Origin: an uncultured Quadrisphaera sp.
Lineage (GTDB): Bacteria > Actinomycetota > Actinomycetes > Actinomycetales > Quadrisphaeraceae
Length of the DNA stretch: 64,000 bases
NCBI GenBank assembly: GCA_964242735.1
Contig: CAXTAK010000013.1
Coordinates: forward strand, 34,085 to 98,084
Direction: 5' to 3'
Of the stretch, positions 17,743 through 28,535 are shown one piece after another. Both the position numbers and the translations under genes were made by a program. Position 1 is the stretch's first letter. Each line of letters opens with the position of its first letter. The notes beneath the pieces are model-generated. The model saw only the letters and a list, made by a program, of their open reading frames with translations. It was not told where the DNA came from and searched no databases.

Positions 17743-17920
17743 GTGGACCTCCAGAGGGTGGCGGGCACTCGCCGCGGGTGAGTGACGCGGCGCTCGGGTG
17801 ATGATCCTCGGACATCGGGCAAAGCACCACGAGTCGGACACGGATGGGCCGAGGGCTGCCACACCCGTGCACCCGGCGCCCCACCCGCCGCGGTGCTCCT
17901 GATCCACTAGCGTCCCGCCC

Positions 17921-18778
17921 ATGACCGACGGGCACGTCCACCCCAGCCGCCCCGACGTCGACCGCTCGCTGCGCCTGACCGAGCCGCCCCACACCCACCC
18001 CGGGCAGGACGGCCCCCACGCCCACGACGAGCACGCCGACGCCCCTCGCACCCACGCCCAGCACACCCACCCTGCGGTCGCCCGCCCGCAGCGCCCGGCG
18101 TCCGGCCCGCTGCGCATCGGCATCGGCGGTCCCGTCGGCTCGGGGAAGACCGCGCTGGTCGCCGCGCTGTGCCGCACCCTGGGCGCGCAGCTGGAGCTCG
18201 CGGTGGTGACCAACGACATCTACACCACCGAGGACGGCGACTTCCTCGTCCGCCACGGGGTGCTGCCCGCGGAGCGGATCACCGCGGTGCAGACCGGCGC
18301 CTGCCCGCACACCGCCATCCGCGACGACATCGCGATGAACCTCGACGCCGTGGAGGACCTCGAGGAGCGCTTCTCCCCCGACGTGGTGCTCGTGGAGTCC
18401 GGCGGCGACAACCTCACGGCGACCTTCAGCTACGGCCTGGTCGACGCGCAGGTCTTCGTCGTCGACGTCGCGGGCGGCGACAAGGTGCCGCGCAAGGGCG
18501 GTCCGGGCGTCATCACCTCCGACCTGCTGGTCATCAACAAGACCGATCTGGCGCCCATGGTCGGCGCGGACCTGGCAGTGATGGACCGCGACGCCGCGGC
18601 GCTGCGCCACGACGCCCCGGTCGTCTTCACCTCCCTGCGCGAGGACCCCAGCGCTGCTCCCGTCGCCGCGTGGGTGCGGGCGCTGCTGGTGCAGCGCGCC
18701 GGCGCCGGGCCCCGAGGAGGCGGGCCGGGCAGGGTCAGTGCCGGCGCCGCCGGGCCGCGGGTTGCGCACGCGGGTTGA
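17921..18778 (+). CDS. ureG: Urease accessory GTPase UreG with a His-rich N-terminal extension
   Basis: P-loop GGPVGSGKT and ESGGDNL motifs are present. About 60 N-terminal residues carry about 10 His. Confidence 0.93.
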   Translation: MTDGHVHPSRPDVDRSLRLTEPPHTHPGQDGPHAHDEHADAPRTHAQHTHPAVARPQRPASGPLRIGIGGPVGSGKTALVAALCRTLGAQLELAVVTNDIYTTEDGDFLVRHGVLPAERITAVQTGACPHTAIRDDIAMNLDAVEDLEERFSPDVVLVESGGDNLTATFSYGLVDAQVFVVDVAGGDKVPRKGGPGVITSDLLVINKTDLAPMVGADLAVMDRDAAALRHDAPVVFTSLREDPSAAPVAAWVRALLVQRAGAGPRGGGPGRVSAGAAGPRVAHAG

Positions 18779-19535
18779 GCTGGTCGCCGCCCCGGACGGG
18801 AGGGGTGGCACCGCGCTGGTGCTCCTGCGCGCGGACGGCGCGCTGGCGGCCCGCCGCACCGGCAGCCCCCCGGGCACGGGAGCGGCACGGGTGCACCTCG
18901 TGGGCACCGCAGCGGGCCCGCTCGGCGGGGACGTCGTCGAGGTGGCCGTCCGCGTGCGCACCGGCGCCGCCCTGGTCGTCCGCGGCGTCGCAGCGACCCT
19001 GGCCCTGCCCTCCCGCGGCGGGACCGCCGCGCGGACGTCGCTGCACCTGGTCGTCGAGGACGGGGCGCACCTCGATGTCGCGCTGGAACCGGTGGTCGTC
19101 GCCCGCGGCGCCGACCTCCACGCCGCCACCACGGTCGACGTCGCAGCGGGCGGCTCGCTGGACCTCACCGAGCAGGTGGTGCTGGGCCGCTGGCGCGAGG
19201 CGGCGGGACGCTGGAGCGGCTCGCTCACCGCGAGCCTCGGCGGGCGGCCGTGGCTGGTGCAGCACGTGGCCCTGGGCGACGGCTCACCGACCTGGGACGC
19301 CCTCGACGCCCCGCGGGCCTACCTCAGCCGGCTGCGCACCGACGAGGATGCCGCGTCGGACGCGCGCTGCGCCGGCCGGGCTGCGCTGTTGCCGCTGGCC
19401 CGCGGCGGCAGCCTGCTGGAGGCGCTCGGCGCCGACCTGCGCTCAGCGCACGCCGACGCCGCCGCACTGGACGGGACCGGCCCGGGGCGGACGCTCGTCG
19501 AGGCGGCCGCTACGCCCCGTCCGGGTGCGCGATGA
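18738..19535 (+). CDS. ureD: Urease accessory protein UreD/UreH
   Basis: It follows ureG. The GPLGGD...L pattern is typical of UreD. The start is uncertain, since the called start overlaps ureG by 41 nt. Confidence 0.8.
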   Translation: MPAPPGRGLRTRVELVAAPDGRGGTALVLLRADGALAARRTGSPPGTGAARVHLVGTAAGPLGGDVVEVAVRVRTGAALVVRGVAATLALPSRGGTAARTSLHLVVEDGAHLDVALEPVVVARGADLHAATTVDVAAGGSLDLTEQVVLGRWREAAGRWSGSLTASLGGRPWLVQHVALGDGSPTWDALDAPRAYLSRLRTDEDAASDARCAGRAALLPLARGGSLLEALGADLRSAHADAAALDGTGPGRTLVEAAATPRPGAR

Positions 19536-20364
19536 GCCGGTCCAGGGCGTCGGGGACGGCGTCGAGCACCGACGCGTGTCCCGCGGGCGGACCCTCAGCT
19601 CACCCCGGGGGCAGCTGCGCGCCGGGGCGCGGGAGCGGGTGAGCGGCACCACCCGGTCCTCGCCGCCGTGCACCGGGGGCAGCGGCGCGCGCACCTCCCC
19701 CGGGTCGGAGCCCCACGGGCTGACGAACGCCACGTCGTCGTCGACCACTCCGCCGGAGCCCTCTGGCTGGTCGTGGGCGGCGGCCGGCCCGCCCCGCGTC
19801 CTCCCCCGGGGACGCCCACGGCCCGGCCAGGGCCGCCCGGTCGGCCGCCGTGGAGCTGGTCTCGTCGGAGTGCTCGGTCTCGGCGTGGCGGGCGCGGGCC
19901 CGGCGCCCGGCGAGCGCCGACCGCAGCCCGGAGGCGTCGACCGTCCCGTCGGACCACGCGGCGTCGCCGACGCACGGCGCCGGGCCGGCGGGGCTGACCA
20001 CGCCGGTGACGCGACCGCGCAGCAGCGCGCCACGGGCGAGGGCGTGCGGGCCTCCTCCGGAGGCGCCCATCACGGCGAAGCGCCCGGGGCCCAGCGCGTC
20101 GGCGACCGCGGCGACGTCACCGGCCGTTGGCGCGGCGTCCCGGCGCGGCGACGGGCTCGACCCGCCGTGGTCGGGCCGGGCGCACGACACCACCCGGACG
20201 CCGCTCTGCGCAGCGGCGCGCACCAGCGGCTCCAGCGGGGCACCGGTCTGGGGAGATCCGTGGTGCCAGACCAGGGCGGGAGCGGCGGCGCCACCGTCGA
20301 GGACCCCGCTGTCGTGGGCCCGCAGCGTCCGACCGTCACCGGCCGGGACGTCCACGGCTGCCAC
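19510..20364 (-). pseudogene. Alpha/beta hydrolase with two apparent compensating frameshifts
   Basis: The N-terminal part, with the GASGGG nucleophile elbow, is in frame A. The segment VVDDDVAFVSPWGSDPGEVRAPLPPVHGGEDRVVPL..GELRVRP is in frame [25 protein letters not shown]-stop is back in frame A. Frame A itself hits TGA at 19600. Confidence 0.6.
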
Positions 20365-20472
20365 CGCGCACCCACGGCAGGGGTGTGCGGGCCGACCGGC
20401 TCGGCTCGCAGCGCGCTCGGGGCGGGCCTACCGTCACGGGGCAGCACCCACCGCCGGACCCCAGGAGCGCCC

Positions 20473-20994
20473 GTGCCCGACCTCGCCAAGGCCGCCACCG
20501 CCGTCGGCCGCGCCGCCCAGGGCCTCGCGGCCCTGGTGGGCCACCGACCCGACCCGGTGCAGCAGACGCTGACCATCGCCGCCCCGCCCGCTGAGGTGGC
20601 GGCCGCGTGCCGTGACGCCGCCTCGCTCTCCCAGGCCCTGGGCGACGCGGGCTCGGTCGAGGCGGGCGCGGGCCCCGCGTACCGGTGGAGCCTCGGGGCC
20701 GACGGCGGCGAGGCGGTGGTGTGGCAGACCGCCCTGACCGAGACGGGCGGCCCACCGCTGGTCCTGCGCTGGGCCGCCCCCGGCGGCGACGACGGCTACG
20801 TGCTGTCCGTGACGCTGCGCGAGGCCCCCGCGGGCCTCGGCACCGAGGCCACCGCGCGCGCCGTCCTGCCGGTGCCCGGCCTGGCTGCCGGGGCAGCGCT
20901 GTACACGCTGCTCTACCGGCTGCGCGCGCTGGTCCAGACCGGTGAGGTGCCCACGATCACCCCGCAGCCCGCCGGCCGACCCGGCGACCGCTGA
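20473..20994 (+). CDS. SRPBCC (cyclase/dehydrase-like) family protein
   Basis: AGGAG lies 5 nt before GTG 20473. The TLTIAAPPAEV start and size are typical of SRPBCC. The functional call is tentative. Confidence 0.55.
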   Translation: MPDLAKAATAVGRAAQGLAALVGHRPDPVQQTLTIAAPPAEVAAACRDAASLSQALGDAGSVEAGAGPAYRWSLGADGGEAVVWQTALTETGGPPLVLRWAAPGGDDGYVLSVTLREAPAGLGTEATARAVLPVPGLAAGAALYTLLYRLRALVQTGEVPTITPQPAGRPGDR

Positions 20995-21030
20995 CCCACC
21001 GCAGACCCACCGCAGACCTGGAGGACCCCC

Positions 21031-22212
21031 GTGCGCGCACTGTGCTGGAACGGCGTCAACGACATCGCGGTGCAGACCGTCGACGACCCGACCGTGGTCA
21101 ACCCCCGCGACGTCGTCCTGCGCGTGACCCTGACCGCCACGTGCGGATCGGACCTGCACTTCATCGACGGGTACCTGCCCGGGATGCGCGCCGGTGATGT
21201 CTTCGGGCACGAGTTCATGGGCGAGGTCGTCGAGGTCGGCCCCGAGGTGCGCCGGGTCGTGGTCGGCGACCGCGTCGTCGTCCCCTCGTTCATCGCGTGC
21301 GGTTCCTGCTACTACTGCGACCGGGAGCTGTACTCCCTGTGCGACACCACCAACCCGAACGCCGCTGCGCAGCAGCCCGTCCTGGGGTTCCCCAGCGGGG
21401 GCATCTACGGGTACACCCACCCCTTCGGGGGGTACGCGGGCTCGCACGCGGAGTACGTGCGCGTGCCCTTCGGTGACGTCAACTGCTTCACCGTGCCCGA
21501 GGGGGTCAGCGACGAGCAGGCGGTGTTCGTCTCCGACGCGGTGCCGACGGCGTTCATGGGCGCCGACCTCGCCGACATCTCCCCCGGTGACACCGTCGCG
21601 GTCTTCGGCGCGGGCGGGGTGGGGGTGATGGCCGCGGCGAGCGCGAGGATCCTCGGCGCCGGGCGGGTCATCGTGATCGACCGGTTCCCCGAGCGCCTGG
21701 AGCTGGCGCGCCGCGTCGGCGCGGAGACCATCGACTACACCGAGGTCGACAGCGTGCAGGAAGCGCTGCGGGAGGCCACCGGGGGGCGCGGGCCGGACTC
21801 CGTCATCGAGGCCGTGGGCATGGAGGCGCACGGCACCGGAGTGCAGCAGGCCTACGACCGCGCCAAGCAGGCGCTGCGCCTGGAGACCGACCGGGCGACG
21901 CCGCTGCGCGAGGCCATCCTCGCCGTCCGCAAGGGCGGCACCGTCTCGGTGCTCGGCGTCTACGGGCTCACCGACAAGTTCCCGATGGGACTGGTGGTCA
22001 ACAAGGGGCTGACGCTGCGCGCCGCGCAGCAGCACGGCCAGCGGTACGTGCCGCGCCTGCTGGGCCACGTCGCGGCCGGGGAGCTGGACCCCTCGATCCT
22101 GCTGACCCACGACCTGCCGCTGGAGGACGCCGTCCGCGGTTACCAGCTGTTCAAGGACAAGGAGGACGGGTGCGTGCGCGCGGTCTTCCGCCCCGCGCCC
22201 TCGGGAGCCTGA
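21031..22212 (+). CDS. Zinc-dependent alcohol dehydrogenase (formaldehyde-dehydrogenase-like clade)
   Basis: Zn ligand motifs TCGSDLH, GHEFMGEVVEVG and CGSCYYC, plus the Rossmann motif GAGGVG. Confidence 0.9.
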   Translation: MRALCWNGVNDIAVQTVDDPTVVNPRDVVLRVTLTATCGSDLHFIDGYLPGMRAGDVFGHEFMGEVVEVGPEVRRVVVGDRVVVPSFIACGSCYYCDRELYSLCDTTNPNAAAQQPVLGFPSGGIYGYTHPFGGYAGSHAEYVRVPFGDVNCFTVPEGVSDEQAVFVSDAVPTAFMGADLADISPGDTVAVFGAGGVGVMAAASARILGAGRVIVIDRFPERLELARRVGAETIDYTEVDSVQEALREATGGRGPDSVIEAVGMEAHGTGVQQAYDRAKQALRLETDRATPLREAILAVRKGGTVSVLGVYGLTDKFPMGLVVNKGLTLRAAQQHGQRYVPRLLGHVAAGELDPSILLTHDLPLEDAVRGYQLFKDKEDGCVRAVFRPAPSGA

Positions 22213-22248
22213 CGCCCCTGCCGCGCCGGCTGTCCTCCCGGCGGGTCC

Positions 22249-23532
22249 TCACAGGTGCACGTCGCCGATGTGGACCTCCTCGCCGCGGCGCTCCTCCAGC
22301 TGCGAGCGCCTGGCGTGGCGCGCCTGGTCCATCCACCGCACCACGGGGGTGGCCGTGGAGCCGTGCAGCACGACGGAGAGGGCGACGGCGAAGCCCACGG
22401 CCGCCCACAGCGGCCCGGCGGGGAACTCCCCGTTCTCCAGGGCGTAGGCCAGGTAGTACAGCGAGCCGATGCCCCTCACCCCGAAGAAGGCGATGACCAT
22501 CTTCTCCCGGGTGCCCCCGGCGGTGCCGCGGAGGGACACCCACCCCACGAAGGGGCGGATGACGAGGACCAGCAGCAGCACCGTGGCCGCGAGCTGCCAC
22601 GTCAGGTCCCGCAGCAGGCCGTCGGCGATGGCCACCCCGAGCAGCAGCAGCAGCCACGCGGTCAGCATCCGCTCGACCTGCTCGATGAAGCTGTGCGCGA
22701 CCTGGTGGGCGCCGTGCGAGCGCTCCGCGGCCCGGATGGCGCACGCCGCGACGAAGACCGCCACGAACCCGTAGCCGTAGACCAGCTGGGTGAGGCCGTA
22801 GGCGAGGAAGCACACCGCGAGGGCGGTGAAGCCCTCGACGTCGTCGGACAGGCGCAGGAAGTCCTGGGTGGCCCGGAAGAACACCCGGCCGAGGCCCACC
22901 CCCACGGCCAGCCCCACCACGACGCCGATGGCCAGGCGGACGACGACGTCGACCAGGACCCACTCGCCCACCCAGCTGCCCCAGCCGCCGGCCGCCGCCA
23001 GCCCGAGGGCCAGGTACACGGCGGGGAACGCCGCCCCGTCGTTCAGCCCGGCCTCGGAGGTGACCGCGAAGCGCACCTCGTCCTCGTGGGTCTCCTCACT
23101 CGGTTCCCCGACCTGGACGTCGCCGGCCAGGACCGGGTCGGTGGGCGCGAGCACCGCCCCCAGCAGCACGGCCGCCGCCAGCGGCAGACCGCCGAGCACA
23201 TGGCCGGTGATCGCGAGCAGGGCGACCGTCAGCGGCATCGCGATCGCGATCAGCCGCCACGTGGAGGCCCAGCGGCGCCAGCCGATGGCCCGGTCGATCG
23301 CCAGGCCGGCACCCATCAGGGAGATGATCACCACGACCTCGGTGAGGTGCTCGACGAGCACCCCGTGCTCGGTGGGGTCCACCCTCGGCAGGCCCGGCGC
23401 GAAGCCCAGCAGCACCCCCAGGCCGAGGAAGGCCATCGGCAGGCTGAAGGCCCGGTCGCTGAGCAGGCGGGGGAGCATCGCCGCCAGCAGGGCACTCGCC
23501 CCGGCGATGGCGAAGATGGCGAAGGGGAGCAC
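22249..23532 (-). CDS. Cation:proton antiporter (CPA1, Na+/H+ exchanger family)
   Basis: A polytopic membrane protein with the APTDPVLA and SEAGLNDG motifs typical of NhaP-type exchangers. Confidence 0.9.
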   Translation of the reverse strand: MLPFAIFAIAGASALLAAMLPRLLSDRAFSLPMAFLGLGVLLGFAPGLPRVDPTEHGVLVEHLTEVVVIISLMGAGLAIDRAIGWRRWASTWRLIAIAMPLTVALLAITGHVLGGLPLAAAVLLGAVLAPTDPVLAGDVQVGEPSEETHEDEVRFAVTSEAGLNDGAAFPAVYLALGLAAAGGWGSWVGEWVLVDVVVRLAIGVVVGLAVGVGLGRVFFRATQDFLRLSDDVEGFTALAVCFLAYGLTQLVYGYGFVAVFVAACAIRAAERSHGAHQVAHSFIEQVERMLTAWLLLLLGVAIADGLLRDLTWQLAATVLLLVLVIRPFVGWVSLRGTAGGTREKMVIAFFGVRGIGSLYYLAYALENGEFPAGPLWAAVGFAVALSVVLHGSTATPVVRWMDQARHARRSQLEERRGEEVHIGDVHL

Positions 23533-23584
23533 GGAACATCCTCACCCGCCACGGGGGGCTGTGCCCGTCCACGGCGGGTAGGGG

Positions 23585-24079
23585 GTGTGCGTGGCAGCAG
23601 GTGGGTGGGTGAGGTCGGGGGTCGCGTCGGGGGTCCTGACGGGCGCGGGTGTGGCGGCGTTCCTCGACGAGACGGTCTTCCACCAGCTGCTGCGCTGGCA
23701 CCACCTCTACGACCGGTCCACCACCGCCGCCGGCATCATCTCGGACGGGATCTTCCACGCCGTGGGCACCGCGGCCCTGGTCGTGGGGCTGTTCCTGTAC
23801 GCGGACCTCCAGCGGCGGGGCGCGTTCGCCGCGCGGCGGTGGATCGGCGCGACCGTCCTGGGCTGGGGGGCGTTCCAGCTCTACGACGGGCTCGTGCAGC
23901 ACAAGGTGCTGCGCCTGCACCAGGTGCGCTACGACGTGGAGCTGCTGCCCTACGACCTGGCCTGGAACGGGGCCGCGCTGGTCGGCATCGCCGTCGGCGC
24001 GGTCCTGGTGCGCCGGCGCCCCGGCACGCGGGCCACCGCGGCGAGCCCAGCGGCGGGAACCACCGGGGGCACCGGGTGA
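23585..24079 (+). CDS. DUF2243 membrane protein
   Basis: The FLDETVFHQLLRWHH motif and the following helices fit DUF2243. Confidence 0.8.
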   Translation: MCVAAGGWVRSGVASGVLTGAGVAAFLDETVFHQLLRWHHLYDRSTTAAGIISDGIFHAVGTAALVVGLFLYADLQRRGAFAARRWIGATVLGWGAFQLYDGLVQHKVLRLHQVRYDVELLPYDLAWNGAALVGIAVGAVLVRRRPGTRATAASPAAGTTGGTG

Positions 24080-24864
24080 GCGCGGCGGGGGCGCTGGTGC
24101 TGGTGCTGCTCGCGGCGGCGGGCACCGCTGGCGCCGTCGCGGTCACCCGGCTGCGCTGCCGCGGGGTGACCTGGCCCCTGGAGCGGACGGCGGCCGCGGC
24201 GGGGGGGCTCGCGGTCACGTGCGCGGCCGTGGTCCTGCCGGTGAGCGGCGCGCTCGGCCCGGCGGGCCTGCACGCGGCGCAGCACCTGCTGGGCGGCATG
24301 GTGGGGCCCCTGCTGCTGGCCCTGTCGGCACCGGTGACCCTGGCGCTGCGCGCGCTGGCGCCGCGGCCCCGGCGTGTGCTGCTCGCGGTGGTGCGCAGCC
24401 GCCCCGCGGGCGTGCTCACCTCACCGGTGGTCGTGGTGGTCCTGGACGCCGGGGGCCTCGCCGCGCTGTACCTGACCGGGCTGGTGGGGCACAGCCGCCA
24501 CGTCCCGTGGGTCGCCGCGGTGGTGCACCTGCACCTGTTCGTGGCGGGCTACCTGCTCGCCGCGGTGCTCGCCGGCCCCGACCCGGTCCCGCACCGGGTC
24601 GGGACCGCCGCGGCGCTGTTCCTGCTCGTGGTGGTCGGGGCCACCCACCAGGTGGTGATGACCGTGGCGTACGCGCACGCCCTGAGCGCGCCCGCCGGGC
24701 CGGACGGCGCGGCGATGGCCGCCGCGAGCCTGATGCGCACCGGTGGGCACCTGGTCGACGCGGCGCTGGTGGCCGCGGTGATGGCCCGGTGGTACGCCGC
24801 GACCGGCCGCGCGCTGGCCCGGCAGCGACGCCGGTCGGCGCGCGCGGGCACCGTCCCGGCGTGA
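24076..24864 (+). CDS. Cytochrome c oxidase assembly factor CtaG-like (Caa3_CtaG family) membrane protein
   Basis: The GTG start overlaps the DUF2243 stop (GTGA). It is a multi-helix protein with HAAQHLLGGMVGPLLLAL and HLHLFVAGYL motifs. Confidence 0.72.
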   Translation: MSAAGALVLVLLAAAGTAGAVAVTRLRCRGVTWPLERTAAAAGGLAVTCAAVVLPVSGALGPAGLHAAQHLLGGMVGPLLLALSAPVTLALRALAPRPRRVLLAVVRSRPAGVLTSPVVVVVLDAGGLAALYLTGLVGHSRHVPWVAAVVHLHLFVAGYLLAAVLAGPDPVPHRVGTAAALFLLVVVGATHQVVMTVAYAHALSAPAGPDGAAMAAASLMRTGGHLVDAALVAAVMARWYAATGRALARQRRRSARAGTVPA

Positions 24865-24919
24865 GCGCCGCGGCGCCCAGCGGCCACGCCGAGCAGCGGC
24901 CACGTGCACCTGCCCGCAC

Positions 24920-25618
24920 TCAGCCCGGGGGTACCAGTGCCAGGTCCAGGGCCGCGGCCACGTGCAGCGCGGTGGTGGGGAACAGCGGGACGGCGGCATC
25001 TCCCGGCCTCAGGAGCAGCTCCAGCTCGGTGCATCCCAGCACCACGCCCTGCGCGCCGTCCGCGACGAGCCCGCCGATGGCGGCCTGCAGCGCCGCCCGG
25101 GAGCGCTCGCTGACCACTCCCACGCACAGCTCCTCGAAGATCACCCGGTGCACCAGGTCGCGGTCGGCCGGCCCGGGCACGAGCAGCTCGACGCCCGCGG
25201 CGGTGAAGCGCTCCCGGTAGGAGTGCGAGGCCATGGTGAACGCGGTGCCCAGCAGCCCGACCCGGGTCAGGCCCGCGGCGCGCACCGCGGCGGCGGTGAC
25301 CTCCACCAGGTGCAGCACCGGGATCCCGAGACCGGCTGCCACCTGGTCGGCGACGGCGTGCATGGTGTTCGTCGCGATGAGCACCACGTCCGCGCCGGCG
25401 GCCTCCAGGCCCTGCGCGGCGCGGGTCAGCAGCCGCCCCGCGTCGTCCCAGCGGCCCTCGCGCTGGAGGGTGACGATGTCGTCGAAGTCGAAGGAGTGCA
25501 CCAGCACCGCGGCGGAGTGCAGACCACCGAGCCGCTCGCGCACCCCCTCGTTGAGCAGGCGGTAGTAGACCGCGGTCGATTCCCAGCTCATGCCGCCGAG
25601 CAGGCCGATGGTGCGCAT
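24920..25618 (-). CDS. Aspartate/glutamate racemase family protein
   Basis: MRTIGLLGGMSWEST.VYY and the ATNTMH / GCTEL catalytic-region motifs. Confidence 0.9.
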   Translation of the reverse strand: MRTIGLLGGMSWESTAVYYRLLNEGVRERLGGLHSAAVLVHSFDFDDIVTLQREGRWDDAGRLLTRAAQGLEAAGADVVLIATNTMHAVADQVAAGLGIPVLHLVEVTAAAVRAAGLTRVGLLGTAFTMASHSYRERFTAAGVELLVPGPADRDLVHRVIFEELCVGVVSERSRAALQAAIGGLVADGAQGVVLGCTELELLLRPGDAAVPLFPTTALHVAAALDLALVPPG

Positions 25619-25657
25619 GCCACCAGCCTGCCCGACGGCCGAGCCGATCGGGGCCCC

Positions 25658-26872
25658 TCAGGCCGCGATCATCCCGTTCGGGTCGAGGATGTACTTCTTC
25701 GCGGCGCCGGCGTCGAACTCCTGGTAGCCCTTCGGGGCGTCATCGAGGGAGATGACGGTGGCGTTGACGGCGTCGGCGATCTTGGCCTTGTCGTGCAGGA
25801 TGCTCATCATCAGGCCGCGGTTGTACTTCATGACCGGGCACTGGCCGGTGGTCAGGGTGTGGCTCTTCGCCCACCCCAGACCCAGGCGCACCTTGAGCGT
25901 GCCCTCCTTCGCGTCGTCGTCCGCGGCGCCCGGGTCGCCGGTGACGTACAACCCGGGGATGCCGAGCCGGCCACCGGCGCGCGTCACGGTCATCACCGAG
26001 TTGAGCACCGTGGCCGGGGCCTCGCCGCCGCCCGGCCCGTGGGCGCTGGCCTCGAAGCCCACGGCGTCGACCGCGCAGTCGACCTCGGGGATGCCGAGGA
26101 TCCCCTCGATCTGCCCCTCCAGCGGACCACCGCTGCCCACGTTGACCGTCTCGCACCCGAAGGTCTTCGCCTGCGCGAGGCGGTCGTCGTTCAGGTCGCC
26201 CACGATGACCACGGCGGCGCCCAGCAGCTGCGCCGACAGCGCCGCCGCCAGGCCCACCGGGCCGGCCCCGGCCACGTACACCGTCGAGCCCGTCGTCACC
26301 CCGGCCGTGTACGCGCCGTGGTAGCCGGTGGGGAAGATGTCGGCCAGCATCGCCAGGTCCTTGATCTTCTCCATGGCCTGGTCCCGGTCGGGGAACTTCA
26401 GCAGGTTGAAGTCCGCGAAGGGCACCATCACGTACTCGGCCTGCCCTCCGAGCCAGCCGCCCATGTCGACGTAGCCGTACGCGGAGCCGGCGCGCGCGGG
26501 GTTCACGTTGAGGCAGACCCCCGTCTGGCCCTCCTTGCAGTTCCGGCACCGGCCGCAGGCGATGTTGAACGGCACGGAGACGACGTCGCCGACCTCGAGG
26601 AACTGGACGTCCTCACCCTTCTCGATGATCTCGCCGGTGATCTCGTGGCCGAGGGTCTGGCCCTGCGGGGCGGAGGTGCGCCCACGGACCATGTGCTGGT
26701 CGGAGCCGCAGATGTTCGTCGCGACCGTCTTGAGGATCACGGCGTGGGGCGCCTTCACCGTCTGCCCCTTGGCGTTCGCGACGTCTGCCGGCACCTCCAG
26801 CTTGGGGTAGTCGACGGTCTCGACCGCCACCACGCCGGGCTCCTTGTAGACGACGATGCGGTTACCGCTCAT
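25658..26872 (-). CDS. fdhA: Glutathione-independent formaldehyde dehydrogenase
   Basis: ICGSDQHMVRGRT, GHEITGE..E.G and CGRCRNCKEG are FdhA-type sequence. The ATG at 26872 gives the MSGNR N-terminus. Confidence 0.9.
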   Translation of the reverse strand: MSGNRIVVYKEPGVVAVETVDYPKLEVPADVANAKGQTVKAPHAVILKTVATNICGSDQHMVRGRTSAPQGQTLGHEITGEIIEKGEDVQFLEVGDVVSVPFNIACGRCRNCKEGQTGVCLNVNPARAGSAYGYVDMGGWLGGQAEYVMVPFADFNLLKFPDRDQAMEKIKDLAMLADIFPTGYHGAYTAGVTTGSTVYVAGAGPVGLAAALSAQLLGAAVVIVGDLNDDRLAQAKTFGCETVNVGSGGPLEGQIEGILGIPEVDCAVDAVGFEASAHGPGGGEAPATVLNSVMTVTRAGGRLGIPGLYVTGDPGAADDDAKEGTLKVRLGLGWAKSHTLTTGQCPVMKYNRGLMMSILHDKAKIADAVNATVISLDDAPKGYQEFDAGAAKKYILDPNGMIAA

Positions 26873-26898
26873 GCGTGTGCCTCCCGTTGCCGCGCCCG

Positions 26899-26922
26899 CC
26901 CCGGCGCGCCTGTGCGCCGGGG
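26899..26922 (-). terminator. GC-rich hairpin between bgl and fdhA (possible intrinsic terminator or attenuator, no U-tract)
   Basis: CCCCGGCGC-gcctgt-GCGCCGGGG forms a perfect 9-bp stem. Confidence 0.3.
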
Positions 26923-27038
26923 TCAGGCGGTGCGCCGCCGGCCCGGGGCCGCGCTGCACGCGGGACACAACGTGCTCCTCCTCCTCGCTGAGCGCAACCC
27001 CCTGCGAGCTCCCAGTCCCGTGAGCGCTCCCGGGGCGC

Positions 27039-28535
<1,497 letters not shown>

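Noticed and set aside
19600-19602. The in-frame TGA in the alpha/beta hydrolase and the in-frame TAG in the Fe-ADH (59678-59680) as possible selenocysteine or pyrrolysine recoding. A gene named selO is nearby.
   Set aside because: The TGA lies in a segment where the homologous frame is a different one, so this is a frameshift and not recoding. No SECIS-like hairpin, sel or pyl genes are visible. SelO is an AMPylating pseudokinase-fold enzyme unrelated to bacterial Sec insertion. The positions do not correspond to catalytic Cys residues.
18169-20994. Very long ORFs (941 aa here; also 22255-24864 +, 5471-7093 -, 45664-48342 -, 53302-56346 +) that could be mistaken for giant genes.
   Set aside because: Their translations are Arg/Pro/Gly/Ala-rich with low complexity over most of their length, and they overlap well-supported genes on the same or opposite strand. 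They are typical stop-poor shadow frames of a >70% GC genome. Only the terminal segments that match known families were kept.
25658-26872. fdhA looked compositionally different (many AAG, ATC and TTC codons), suggesting horizontal acquisition.
   Set aside because: Codon-by-codon reading shows third positions are almost all G/C, as in the neighbours. The impression comes from a Lys/Ile/Phe-richer amino-acid composition of a highly conserved enzyme, not from atypical codon usage.
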